Made by a program: the position numbers and the translations under genes. Under the pieces are notes generated by a model. The model searched no databases. It saw nothing but the letters and a program-made list of their open reading frames with translations, and was not told the origin of the DNA. Positions 26,931 through 38,950 of a stretch of DNA of 64,000 nt are shown piece by piece. How positions within the stretch are numbered: position 1 is the stretch's first letter; the number at the start of each line of letters is the position of its first letter. This stretch comes from Diadema antillarum (taxonomy: Eukaryota), in contig NW_027272894.1 in assembly GCF_040938485.1 (NCBI RefSeq), positions 248,001-312,000 on the forward strand, read 5' to 3'.

Positions 26931-27092
26931 TGGGGTGTTTCATCAATTTAGTCAGTGCTGACAATTTCAACAAAATCTTTGGTTTTGATTGGCTGAGATG
27001 CTCTTGTCACTGACTGTTATCATGGTGATTGTCAAAGTGATACAAAGACTGACAACTTGTCAGCGCTGACTAACTTAATAAAACACCCCCAG
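26931..27092. mobile_element. MITE family B copy 2
   Basis: GGGGTGTTTCATCAA ... TAAAACACCCCCAG; shares the TTTTGATTGGCT core with 10564-10725. Confidence 0.8.
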
Positions 27093-27424
27093 ACCTTTAC
27101 AGCATCGTTCCAGAAAAGTAAAATAAATGGAAGCATTCAACAACATGTTCAAGAAGTTGATTAAATCGACTGCCTGAGATGAGGTGTCTAAGGTCCTAGA
27201 CCTTTTTTTAATTTGTATAGTTTTACTATTATTAGCAGCCCAACCAGCAGTGAGCACGGCGTCTCGCAGAACACAGCGACAGGGCTGTGTATACACCTGT
27301 AGTAATATTTTCCATGACTGAGCAGCTAGTTTATTTGAAGCATAAATGGCCGGCTAGTATGTCAGAGCTCTATTTGCAACCTCAATAGTCAGATGATTAA
27401 AATGTGAAGTGCCATAAATGCTGT

Positions 27425-27852
27425 TTAAAAGGGATGGTACAGTATTGTTGGTGGAGATGAGAATTGGGCTGTTAACTTTTTGCGAGATACCAAGCAAGAA
27501 AACACTTATAAAATAGTGACAGAGCATACCATTCTAAGTATTACTAACTAGAGGAATGCAAAGTTTATTCGATGAAAATCAGTTTTGGAATGGCTGAAAC
27601 ATCCAAAAACAAAGTAAAACAAAGTGATTGTAATAAAAGGATGGGTCCTGCCTTTTATTAGAATCGCTCTGTTTTGGATATCTCAGCCATTTCAAAACCA
27701 ATTTTCTTCAAATAAATGTTAAATTCTTCATGGAATTACATACCCTTTCATATTTCATAAGAGCTAGGTTTCTTATTATCTCACACCAAAAAAAAAAAAA
27801 AAAAATGTTAGAAAACTGAAGTTAGGCCTCAACCAAAACTACAATCCCTTTA
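27425..27852. mobile_element. TTAA-type (Kolobok-like) element, family C copy 2
   Basis: TTAAAAGGGATGGTA ... TACAATCCCTTTA termini with the same internal foldback. Confidence 0.75.
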
Positions 27853-28024
27853 CAGCCATTGTGAGGTCAGTCAATCTTTGTCAAAGACAAATTGGTGGTC
27901 AGTGGTAATTGACAATCAGCAAAACAACAAACTTCTGATTTTTCTCCCCCCCCCCCCAAACAAAAAACAAAAAACAAAACAGGTTTCTGATTTGTTGGTG
28001 TCTGACACGTGACCATCCACAAAA

Positions 28025-28149
28025 ATGCCTGTTTCCATGCAACCCACCGGAGGCCCCAGCTGCTTCGACCGAGTCAAGATGGGATTCATGATTGGCTTCG
28101 CCGTGGGCATGGGATCTGGTGCCCTGTTTGGTGGCTTCTCAGCTCTTCG
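28025..28149 (+). CDS. ROMO1: Reactive oxygen species modulator 1 (ROMO1/Mgr2), coding exon 1
   Basis: [41 protein letters not shown](R) then CG|GTGAGC (phase 2); [11 protein letters not shown] is diagnostic. Confidence 0.97.
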
Positions 28150-28184
28150 GTGAGCATTATCCACAAAGCAATTATTAAGAGAAC

Positions 28185-28374
28185 TACAGTGGACTCCCGT
28201 TATAACGAAGTCTTCGGGACCAGCTGTTAAATTTCATTATATCGAAATTCCCTATAAAATCGATCAAATAAACAATAAATAACATAGAGCAAATAATGAT
28301 GCAGCATGAATTTTTACTTCATTGTAACCGGAATTTTGTTATAATCGTGTTCGTCATAACGGGAGTGCACTGTA
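28185..28374. mobile_element. Tc1/mariner-type MITE, family K copy 1 (ROMO1 intron)
   Basis: TACAGTGGACTCCCGTTAT ... ATAACGGGAGTGCACTGTA TIRs with TA ends. Confidence 0.85.
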
Positions 28375-29239
28375 GAACCATTACACAATTCGTTGTTTGC
28401 ACATTGGCAATATATCATACATACAAGTAAATACTGAGCTCCGCTCTTCATTAATTAATACTGTATAAATGGGACCATTCTCATTGCAAAAGTATTGTCA
28501 AACGGAGAGTAGCAATGTTTCAGCTTTCCACTCATATTGCAATGAAAAATCACATAGCTCGATAAAATACTACATGTGTACACATTACATAATTTGTGCA
28601 GTTGGGATGGAAGTCTGCAGCAAGCAATCTCAGCCACAAGTATGACATGGCAATAGACAGGATGCTAGCTGCACATTTTGTGTCTGGTCATGTGAAGGAA
28701 TCGAGACATCGAAGTGTAAATCAATCATTAGTGAATTTTGGGAATATAGATTTGATGTTTGTCTGGATTTGTGCAAGGTCGTATCTTAATATCAGTTGTA
28801 GAATTTCCCTTTTCCATATTTTTAAAAAATTCAGAATTATACAGATGTCAAGAGTAACAATTGGCATGTGTACATCTGAGAATGCTGAGTGCAGTAGCCT
28901 TTCTTCTTTACAAGCCTTCCAATCTGTGCAAAAATGATTCATAGGGAAATCCTGTTAGTAATGGCTTAAAAGCAATGACAATTTCCTTGTTATACAGGCA
29001 ACTCCATTATAACAAAGTTCCTCGGGACTAGCCAAACAATAATGTTGTATACAAAGATAATGCATGTATGACGATTTTTGGACCTGCATTTTTACTTTCT
29101 TCTGACAAGAGTTTTGATATGACCATGTTCATTATGATGGTAGTGCTCTGTATCAGGTTTCTTACCATATCAGGTACAAAAACAAATGTAAAATACATGT
29201 ATGGGACCTCCAACACCTTGTTGTATTAGGGTTTTATTA

Positions 29240-29401
29240 TACAGTGCACTCCCATTATAATGAACACGGTTATAACGAAATTCCGGTTACAACGAAGTAA
29301 AAATTCAGGCCGCAACATTATCCACTCTATGTATTTTTATTGTTTCTTTGTTCATTTATAACGAAAGAAAACTGCCGGTCCCGAGGACCTGTAGAACTGT
29401 A
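29240..29401. mobile_element. Family K MITE copy 2, inverted relative to copy 1
   Basis: TACAGTGCACTCCCATTATAATGAACACGGTTATAACGAAATTCCGGTTACAA matches the reverse complement of the copy 1 right arm. Confidence 0.8.
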
Positions 29402-29513
29402 TCTGACCTCATGAGAATGAGGTTTCTCTGTACTTTAAAAGAATGCTGGCTAAGAAAACAGTTACTTTGCATTGCTTTTCTCTCTTTTTATTTTTTTGTC
29501 CAAAAATATCCAG

Positions 29514-29622
29514 ATATGGATTGAGGGGAAGAGAGCTGATGAACACAGTTGGCAAGAGTATGGTGCAAGGAGGGGGAACCTTTGGACTTTTTATGTCGAT
29601 AGGAACCGGTATTCGGTGCTAA
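29514..29622 (+). CDS. ROMO1: ROMO1 coding exon 2
   Basis: Polypyrimidine tract and atccAG| (R)[35 protein letters not shown]; joined CDS 234 nt = 77 aa, with the conserved C-terminal GIRC. Confidence 0.97.
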
Positions 29623-30967
29623 GAGGTTGTAGTCTTCACCTTATGCAACATCAGTGTAATGTTGCACATGCTTCATCGACGCCGTGTCTTGGAGATGATG
29701 ACATGTTCTATCAGTGACCTTGCCTTGACGTCCTGAAGTTGGTTCTGAACGTGACGTGTCAACAACATTGTCCATGCTAATGTTAGAAATTGGGGTTACA
29801 TTCACATGATTCACGGAATCAGAAAGGATCCGGTACCCATCTCGCAAAGCCAGGCTGTGCCGACATAGAATGACTGATGTACACTCGCAAAATCTGCAGC
29901 CCAGTGATTTAGTGCCCTCTGCAGCACTGTTTAAGTGAACAATTATGTTGCAGATTCTGAAAGAATCAATGTTTCCTAAATCAGTTCTGTTATGAAAGCT
30001 GACTTCTTCTCTCTCTCTTTTTTTCAACACTTTATAATTTCACATCATTTGTTGGGAGGATGTAAACTTGACAGAAAAATAATGTGTAGAAGATGTATTT
30101 TGGGAACTTTCCAAGGGAAAATTTAAAAAGGAGATGAATAGTCTTTCTTGAAGGAATCGACATTTCAAGTTCTACTGCACTTGTGTGACATGAGTGTCCT
30201 CCCAGGATAAGAAGTCTAATTGACAAGATATCTATTATACATTGAAGTTGAAATGTCTAACTGCAATCAGATGTGTGTTTGTTTGTTTTTGTCAATGATT
30301 GCATTTATTTGTGTCTTCAAAAAGAACATTTTTACATATATTTCATGTAAAGAATACTTCGACATACTTATTCTTACTTTGAAAATGGTTTAACACATTG
30401 TCCTTCAAATGATACACTGAATTTGTTGTGGCTCTAGAAATCATATCATTTCCAGTATTGGACTGTATAGCACTGCTGAGAGATGTTATATATACAGCAT
30501 GTATGAGCTGAATTTCTTTCCTGAACAAAAAGTTGTTGAAAGGAGTATTGTCTGCAAATTATCATTATCAGAGCCACCTAGCCATCACTGGTTGAGCATT
30601 ATGAAACAGGAGATGTAACAAATAATAAGAAATAGCATGGAAGGAATGGGGGAAAAAATAATAATGTAAGGCTATTTTCCATGTAAGAAAGAAAATACAT
30701 GTATCTGTACACTGCATAATGTAATGAAATAAAGAAGTGTGATGTAGGCATGTACAATGTTTATTGGAAACATTTTCTGCAAGGATGAGCAGTTAAAGGA
30801 CAAATTAAGAAAAAAAAACCCCACCTGTTCATGTTAATCAAAATATGGTCTAAAGTGACTAATTTTCACAAACATTTAATTTGAGCATACATGCTGGAGA
30901 CAAGAAAACAAAAACTAGAACAGATTGCTTCCGAAACATCAACAAACCAGTTAGCTGTTTGTGTCTG

Positions 30968-31007
<40 letters not shown>

Positions 31008-33243
31008 AGCCTATAAACAACTGTTAACCCTTCTATCTCAACTTGCAAAGATTTAGATATTAATGAGCTTTGAAGGCCCGTGTTACATGTACTAATAAAA
31101 GCCTTAGCGTATTTGTATGGAAAAGATGGTGAAAATACACCATATGACATCAAAGATGGAATTATTTCAGTCTCTGTACAAATGTACTTAAAAGTGCTTG
31201 AAGGACATTAACTAAATTTGAACTGCTTTTGTGAATTCTGGGTAATGCTAATGACTAATTCCTGACTTTGGTTATTTTTTTGTTTGCAGAAAGTCTGAAG
31301 TCGATCTGTTTCTTCAGCCTTTAACAGTTGTATCTACTGCTCCTCTTTTAACATTTCTCTTCCTTTTTCTTCATATTTTTTTTTTGTGATATACAGTCTA
31401 GCAAGCTTGTATGCTGAGTACTCTGTCTACTGAATGACTGGAGATATACAGGGGAAAAAAAGACTATTCTTCATGCAAGTCCTTTCTTTAACTTTGGATG
31501 AGAATATTTTGTAAAGCATGCAAACTTCTCTTGTCATGAAGAATAAAGGGAACAAATTAAAATACAAAGAAATTGCAACCTTTTCTCAGTATGTATTGCT
31601 CTTCTTGTATGGGTATCGTCAAACTCATCACAGTGACAGAGTCTAGTTCAAATTGTGCACTCTAGCAGGTGGCAAAATAACAAACCATAAGCCTCCTTGA
31701 ATATCAAAACAAAAATCAATACAACCAGTCTCCCATACCTTGACATCAGATTGGCAGAATTATCCAAAAGTCCCAAAATTTCCTCGTGTATTTCTTCTTC
31801 AAGACGTGTGAGTCCTAGTAATTTACTTGGGAGGGTTACCTTGACATGGAATCCCTGGTCCCAATAAATTGAACATACCGTTTCCACCCCAGGCATTACC
31901 CGGTACTCAAAGCAAAATTCCAACATATGTAACTTGGCTATTCCCAGGCAAACAAATATGTACCAAGATTAACCTGTTGAGGACAAGTCCCGAGTATACT
32001 CGGGCAGATGTTTATGGGAAATGCGTGTTGTAGCAAAATCAGCCCATCTTCAACGGGTTGAGCAGGTGTGGGTGGCAAATCCTGGCACTGCGTGACAAAT
32101 CTTTTCACACTCAATCGCAAGTACGGCAAGGTCAGAATGAACATGCATCTATACGTGATTTGGTGTATGTAAGAAAAATACCCCTACCCCTACACACGTT
32201 TACAGTAAGCCAACACACAGCACTTTTTGCTCATGAAGCACTTTTTGCAGCATGATTAAATGTGTGAGCAAATGTAAACGTGACCAAGGGGCTCCTTGAT
32301 CCGACACACCACACACACATGCAGACACAGTTCAGCATGCATATCCTGCAACTCTTGCATTTCGATTTCTTCTTGTTTGTTAAGGTATTTAAATCTTTCA
32401 CCAGAAAATTTCCATTCCATTCAATTTATTCACATTCTAATTTATTTACAACTAAGACAAACATGCAAACAATCAGCATTAATCAACCATTTTGAACATC
32501 AATCAAAAGTTCCAACATTGGATAAGTCACAGATCCCGATGTTTGTCTTTTGAAAGTTGAACCATTTTCTTCGGTCCCGTCTGGCTCAAGGTAAGCAAGG
32601 TTGACTCTATTATGTGACATTGTTATACACTGTATTAGTTCATGGTCGCTAAATGGATGATATGGCAGAAGTAAGTTCCAATGATACAGGATTACACCAT
32701 GCTCATAGCAGCATCTCTGACATTGTCATTTCCAAGTGGTTTGTCAAGTAATTAAGAGGTCAAACTCTGAAGCAAATGGAAATGTTAGTAAACTAGCTTG
32801 GCAGGATGCAGCAATATGCATTGGCACAGCACACACAACTTCACCATCACGTCAACTTGCGTCAACTTGCACCATGTGAAAAATGGATTGCGCAATGACT
32901 CTGCCTTCAATACTGCGATTACAGCACATTCTAGCCATGACAATGACTCACAGACTCACACTACCAAAACAAAGTCATCATGCTTGAAACTTTGTTTTGG
33001 CAACGAGACACACACACACACCAAAAAAAAAAAAAAAAAAATGTACACTTCTAAAGTCAGTTGTTGGTATTTTGTGGCTCACTGTAATATAAGAGCTCTC
33101 ACCCTCTGCTTTTGTGAACAAGGTCTGTGAGTACAGGTATTGCATACAGGCGACACATGTTAATAACACAGTCCAGGACAGCCCTTTTTAATCTTAATAT
33201 CAAAATGTTGGTACATTCATAGCTGAACAGTAAACTATATTAA

Positions 33244-34014
33244 CCCTAATCAGGCTGGGCTTTTTTGGCTATGCTATATCTGGGGGGGGGATTCCGCCCC
33301 CCCTTCAGATCTCGCCTATGGAACGCGTGATCGCGCCGAAAATCGGCACACGCGACGCCCGCGACGTATAATATCAAAATGTATGGTTGCTTTCTCCGAA
33401 AAATTTTTCTTATATTTTATATATATTAATTATTGTAATTTATGCATAAAATCAGTTTTGGGCTCTAAATCACTTATTAATGCTCTAATTAAGCTAATTT
33501 CTTTTTAAAAATGTTTCTTGTACAGTTGTGTATCATTCTCCTGAGACATAGGATAAAAAAAAATCTGTATCGAAATTAATTTCTTATGTATTTGATTGTT
33601 TTTTGAATTTCTTACGTATTTCTTTGTTTTTCGACCTTTTGTTTTTGTTTGTTTTTTGGCCAAAATTTGTCACAGACATTTTTCGAAGCTTTATTATGCT
33701 AAAATAAATTAATTTCATCCATTCTAAGTCAAGATATGAATTTTTATGTGAATTAATTGAAAAAACACAATTTGCAGTGGATTTGTACACAAAATCACGT
33801 TTTGGAGCAATTTTGGGGTTGACGAATTTTTTTCGAACGGGCGTCGCGTCAAAACGGTACGCGCGGGCGCAACAATTTTGGTCTCAAAAGTTGCGCGATA
33901 CTTCAAAGAAAAAAGTCATGAAACATCGCGGCGGGAGCTTATCGCGCTGCGAAGATATTGCGCGAAACGTCGAGGGGGGGTGGATTCCGCCCCCGCCCCC
34001 CAGCCTGATTAGGG
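33244..34014. mobile_element. piggyBac-type non-autonomous element, copy 1 (771 bp)
   Basis: TTAA|CCCTAATCAGGCTGGG ... CCCAGCCTGATTAGGG|TTAA: TTAA target duplication and CCC/GGG termini. Confidence 0.9.
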
Positions 34015-34230
34015 TTAAGATATGTACAACGTAGGTGATAATTGGGTACCTGAATTTCTACTTCATTGCAACAACAATTTTTTTTTTTTTAATAACTGAG
34101 CTTGTTATAACGGAAGTGTACTGTACCATTAATCTTTTTTTTTTTTTGAAGGAAGAACCCATCATGTTAAGAGGGGTGGGGGAGGGGGGTGAACATGCAC
34201 CCATCGGGAAGGAAGGGGACGGATACTTAC

Positions 34231-34327
34231 CCTTGGTGTCTATAACTTTTGTCCTGTCCAATGGGTTCTCCATCCCTGGATACTCCATGCCAAATGACAG
34301 CGTTTTGATGTGATGGGTCATGTTGAA
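34231..34327 (-). CDS. ERGIC3: ERGIC3 exon 8 (97 nt)
   Basis: cattAG| FNMTHHIKTLSFGMEYPGMENPLDRTKVIDTK(G) |GTAAGT. Confidence 0.95.
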
Positions 34328-34855
34328 CTAATGGCAAAGAGATGATGATAGAGAAGAGTAACATGTGTGCACAGTCAAGTATGATTTACAGACCACCAGT
34401 GAACTAAGGAACACATGTACAGAGCTGCAATCTGCCAGACTATCTCCTGTATCCCAGCACCTGACGTGGTACAGACATGTGTACTGGTTAACCACGTAGA
34501 GGAATTATCCAAAACAGAGAATAGCAAATACGTAACACTTTAATACCCATCCTCTGTATTGTCTTACAAATGGATCTAACTGTAGTCATTTCACAGACAT
34601 AACTGGTTTCCCTGCACAAGGCAATGCTCTTGATATTCAATGCAGCTACACATGTAATGCTTTTGCATGCTGGCATAAACTCACTCATTTGCATGGAACT
34701 GGACTTTGATATCCGGACAGAGCATAGCAAACTGATACTTTCTCCATTCTCTGTATTGTCTCATACGCAAATCTAACTCTACTCATCGCACGAGCAAACA
34801 AAGCTGTATTGCATCGGGTAGACTGCATTAGTAAAGAACAGGGTGGATGACATGC

Positions 34856-35071
34856 AGGTTGCAATCTTCCAGTCCTGCATGTGACTGCAGCCATCCTGAC
34901 CAAACCCTGCATCATATCGTGGAAGACTGCAACCTGCAGAAGTTCCCAGGAGGGCTTGAAGAACTTGCCCAAGCGAGTGATACTGCCCTGAACTGGATCT
35001 GCAGCTTAGATATCGACCTATAAGGCTATAACCCCCCACCCACCTTGTTGTACAACAGACGATGATGATGA
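34856..35071 (+). mobile_element. 5'-truncated LINE 3' end (Ingi/Vingi-like, I group)
   Basis: Open frame RLQSSPACDCSHPDQTLHHIVEDCNLQKFPGGLEELAQASDTALNWICSLDIDL* (CCHC knuckle C-x-C-x7-H-x4-C; TAA at 35021-35023), followed by a (GAT)n tail at 35061-35071. Clade assignment from memory of the motif. Confidence 0.7.
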
Positions 35072-35753
35072 GCTAACTGAGGGAAAGCATTTTACAAGAG
35101 CTAAACCAGCCTTTAGTGCATAGGTCTACTCTTCTGTCTTCTTCCCCTGCCAATCTCTTGATTGATCGCTTCAGTTTCTTTCTTCTACCTACTCTCACAA
35201 TGCTTGCACAATACATTGTACTTTCTTCTTCTTCTTTTAAAAAACAAACAAACAAACAAACAAACAAACAAAAACAATCTTTCAGATTTGACACAGGACA
35301 TCAGCACCTCCAATACTGGAGAGCCAATGGAGTAAAATGGGCCTGAGCTTTCGATCACAAAATATCATCTCCTCCTCAATTACCAATTGTATTATTTTTC
35401 ATACTTCCATTTACCCACTAACCCAAAACTTACTAATTCCCCCTAGAGTGAAAAATTACATGCATTATTCCTGTGTTAGAAGGGTAAATCTAACGAAATT
35501 CTCATCTGCTTACCAACACATATACCATATTTTCCCTTCTCTGAACTGCAGATTTTGCATCTCACGTACTGATCTATTTGCCATTTTCACTGATGGAGAT
35601 ACATGCATATTGTGAAACACAAGGGAAGTTTAATCTGTTTTACCCATGTAGCAAACAATCTGATATTTGTTGCAACACACGTCCTGTACAGTGCCCCCAG
35701 CCTGTGGTTATCAGGAACTAGTCATAAAGTGTATAACAAGCTGTTTCATCACT

Positions 35754-36141
35754 TTAAAGGGATTGTATAGTTTTGGTTGAGATCTAATTTCAGGTTTCTA
35801 GGACATTTTTGGGTGAAATAATGAGAAACTTCTTATGATTATGAAATATGTAAGAGCATGTAATTCCATGAGGAATTCGACATTTATTTGATGAAAATTG
35901 GTTTTGAAATGGCTGAGATATCCAAAACAGAGCGATTCTAGTAAAGTGTGGGACCCACACTTTGTTACAATCGCTTTGTTTTACTTTGTGTTTGGATGTT
36001 TCAGTCATTCCAAACCCGATTTTTATCAGATAAACTTCGAATTCTGATCTGTACTATGAATAAGTATTTTCTTGGTATCTTGCAAAAACTTTTTCTCAAA
36101 AACCAATTCTCATCTCCACCAATACTTTTTCATCACTTTAA
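35754..36141. mobile_element. TTAA-type (Kolobok-like) element, family C copy 3 (inverted)
   Basis: TTAAAGGGATTGTA ... CATCACTTTAA; reverse complement of copies 1 and 2. Confidence 0.75.
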
Positions 36142-36154
36142 CATGGCATTACAT

Positions 36155-36319
36155 CAGGACCCCATTTCATAAAAGATGTTAGGATGACAACTCTTGCTGG
36201 AATGACAACTTCCCACAGCAAACAGCCAATCAGGAAGCTGTATTCTTGTCGTTACCATGACAATTGTCATTCCAGCAAAGAGTTGTCATCAAATCAACTT
36301 TTTATGAAATGGGGCCCTG
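36155..36319. mobile_element. MITE related to family B
   Basis: CAGGACCCCATTTCATAAAA ... TTTTATGAAATGGGGCCCTG TIRs; ends about 40 bp from the exon 7 donor. Confidence 0.8.
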
Positions 36320-36360
36320 ATATGTTTGAATGACTCAAGACTTGAACCTCTGAGACTCAC

Positions 36361-36450
36361 CTTTCCACCTGCATAAGGCTGTAAATCGTGAACATGCACA
36401 TGATGCTGCTGGAAACTTTTACCAGGCGCAAAGTGGAAATTGCCAGCAAC
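36361..36450 (-). CDS. ERGIC3: ERGIC3 exon 7 (90 nt)
   Basis: atgcAG| VAGNFHFAPGKSFQQHHVHVHDLQPYAGGK |GTGAGT. Confidence 0.96.
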
Positions 36451-36852
36451 CTGCATGAGAAAATACCGTAAACACAGATAAAGCATGAGACACAGCATTG
36501 AGAAATTTTCTCCGCTACGTGAGGGAGAGATCACAGTGCATAAATCATCCCTTGCCGGAAAAATAAGAAAAACGAAAGGATATAGGAAAAGCTGGCATAA
36601 TTTACCTACCAAAATGGATAACAGCTAGCAGTCTACATAATATGTAAACATGTGTATCCCTTCAATGATATGTACAAATGTGACTGGAGGTCATTGACCA
36701 TGGCCTTTGACCTCACACAATAACCTAAAAACCTTGGCAAAAGTGAATCATTTCCAAGTTTATCTCCGTCTTATTTTGTAATTTACATTCCCATCAGATT
36801 TTAAAGTTTCAAAAAGTTATGGTTTGAAAATGAGATTTTTAACAATAGTTGA

Positions 36853-38233
36853 CCTTTGACCTATGGCATTTTGTGTTGTTTTGTTTTAGTTTTGTTTTGT
36901 TTTTCCACACAATTTCACTGAAATAAGAGTTCATTTAATAGTACTGCTTCTTACTGCATGAGATTGCCAAGGATTATTCACACTTTAAAGTATAACGGAT
37001 AGATAATATTAGAACTTTTAGCCAAGAGTTCATTGACCTTTGAACTTTTGACCAATATCTCATCAACACAATTTTCTCTCATTATCATCTCACACAGTAC
37101 ACCTTGGCTGAGTATTAAATTAGAATACTAGAATAACAACAAGAACATGGTACCAATTACAAATTCCCCATAAAATCATGTTAACAAGACCTGGAGTATA
37201 TAAATGGCAGATTGATGGATAAATGGACACGAGTGGACAACAGAAATATGCACAGTCTTCCTCTAGCACCCGTCATGAACGGAAGGATGAAAATAAATAA
37301 ATATTTATACATTTACAACAAAGAAGTGTATTTAACAAAACAACATCGTATGAAAGAAAAATATACTATCTTGAAGCATAATAGGTTCAGCATAGTTCCA
37401 TCAGTCCTGAATGTGTTATAAAGCATAGAAAGTATACTAATCATGGACTGTGCAGAAAATGGTTACCATGGCAACAGAACAGTTACATCTTGACAGTATC
37501 ATAAATTTCAATGTTGAGATGTCAGCCATCAGATTTGAGAATAAAGCAACAAATTGTGATGAACAAGATATCCCTCCCCCTTCAGTAAGATTGAGCAACA
37601 GAGTGTCATAACTGTGAGGCGAGAAGTCTGTACTGAGGATATTTCCCATACATTTGACTTGCATTGAGTGAGCGATATTACCTATAAAAACTAATAAATC
37701 TATGACAAATAAAGCTAAAATCATGACAACATCATAGTTCTTGATCAAGATCCAGCCCAATGTCATGTGCATTGAACAAAAACATGCCAGATTGCCCAGC
37801 TCCTTTCTGGAGATGGGCTCTGTGGACTTGCCATGGGTGCATTGATATGCTAATTAGCTTATGAATATGCAACATGCATATGCATGAGGAAACCTGCATT
37901 ATATAGCGTTGTGTAATCCCACTATTTTCTTAATTGCATTGTGTAGATTTGTGAAGATTAATGCCATTTATAATCTAAAAATAATTGTTTAGTCATTTTA
38001 AAGTTAGGTTTTACCCTTCCAATCAATTAAGAATACCAAAGATGACTAAAACAAAATGATTACTGCTGTACTTTTTGTAACCGCGGGTAAAATTTCAGTG
38101 ATAAATATAAGATTTCATATTTTCAAACCCAGGATTATTGAGTAATATCTTTAGATTTCTTTTGAGTTTCTTAAGCAGGGTGTATTTCTGAAGTCAGAGA
38201 CAACACCCACATTAGAATGGCAAAGACAGAAAT
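36853..38233. repeat. ~1.4-kb diverged direct repeat, copy 1
   Basis: Colinear with 38951-40308 throughout (shared CCCACTTTAAAGTATAACGGATA-like, GGACACGAGTGGACAAC, CATGCCAGATTGCCCAGCTCCTTTCT, AGCAGGGTGTAT..CTGAAGTCAGAGA). Confidence 0.9.
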
Positions 38234-38697
38234 TGTTACAAAATGGATTTAAGAATGTAGCCAATTGGAAGCGCTGAAATGAGTCACGTGTGCGTGTATT
38301 AATTTCTTAGTAAATGCACGGCCGGGGCCTGACGTACGTCACAATGTTTACACTAGCAGTGCGCACTCAATCAGTTGTTACAAGTGCATCACGCGCTACT
38401 ATACGCGCTGTCAATCCTGTAAACAACTTCTAGTTCGGGCTGCCACAACAGCCGGCGGCCTTTCTTGTGCATAACACGTGGCGTACGTATACTCTTATAC
38501 GTACGTACAGTACTTATGTGCGGGATTTCCGAGTGCGACGTGCGTAAATGTTTGGGACGAACATCTTCGGACATCTTGACTTTTGAGCGAGTGCTACATG
38601 TAGCTGACTGGTATTGACCCACAAAGGTACGTGAATAATGCTGTTAGTTTTCGACCCATTTTATAAAACAAATGATGCACAGGATTATTTCGTGGCG

Positions 38698-38814
38698 TTA
38701 GTGAAGGTGCGGCTCACTCTCGAGTATTGACAACGGTTGCAAACATGCACTCGGCTGCGCCTCGTGCATGTCGCACCATTGTCAATACTCTCGAGCGCGC
38801 CGCACCTTCACTAA
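38698..38814. mobile_element. 117-bp hairpin mini-MITE
   Basis: About 50-bp near-perfect arms TTAGTGAAGGTGCGGC...CATGCAC / GTGCATG...GCCGCACCTTCACTAA with TA inside both ends. Confidence 0.7.
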
Positions 38815-38950
38815 CACACTCTATCCTGCGCATCATTTGTATAATAGCAGAGCAAAGCAAGAGACCTCCATGGCATGAAATGATCATGAAATGTTATTGG
38901 CATTCACTGCATGGGGCGCAGACAAGTGCATTTTAAAGCTAGACCAGTGG

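Noticed and set aside
29695-29748. C/D snoRNA candidate (ATGATGA ... CTGA); similar weak candidate at about 24942-25016
   Set aside because: Too short or with a degenerate C box, no terminal stem, and the first lies in the ROMO1 3' UTR rather than an intron.
31720-31960. Penelope-like RT suggested by plus-strand TSLPYLDI
   Set aside because: The expected downstream YRKPT and HP motifs are not convincingly present.
32559-32590. Plus-strand micro-exon candidate ending CAAG|GTAAGC
   Set aside because: Good donor but weak acceptor, and no partner exons or ORF identified.
34510-34790. Two ~70-bp diverged direct repeats about 200 bp apart
   Set aside because: Looks like a local old tandem duplication with no further structure; not a CRISPR-like array.
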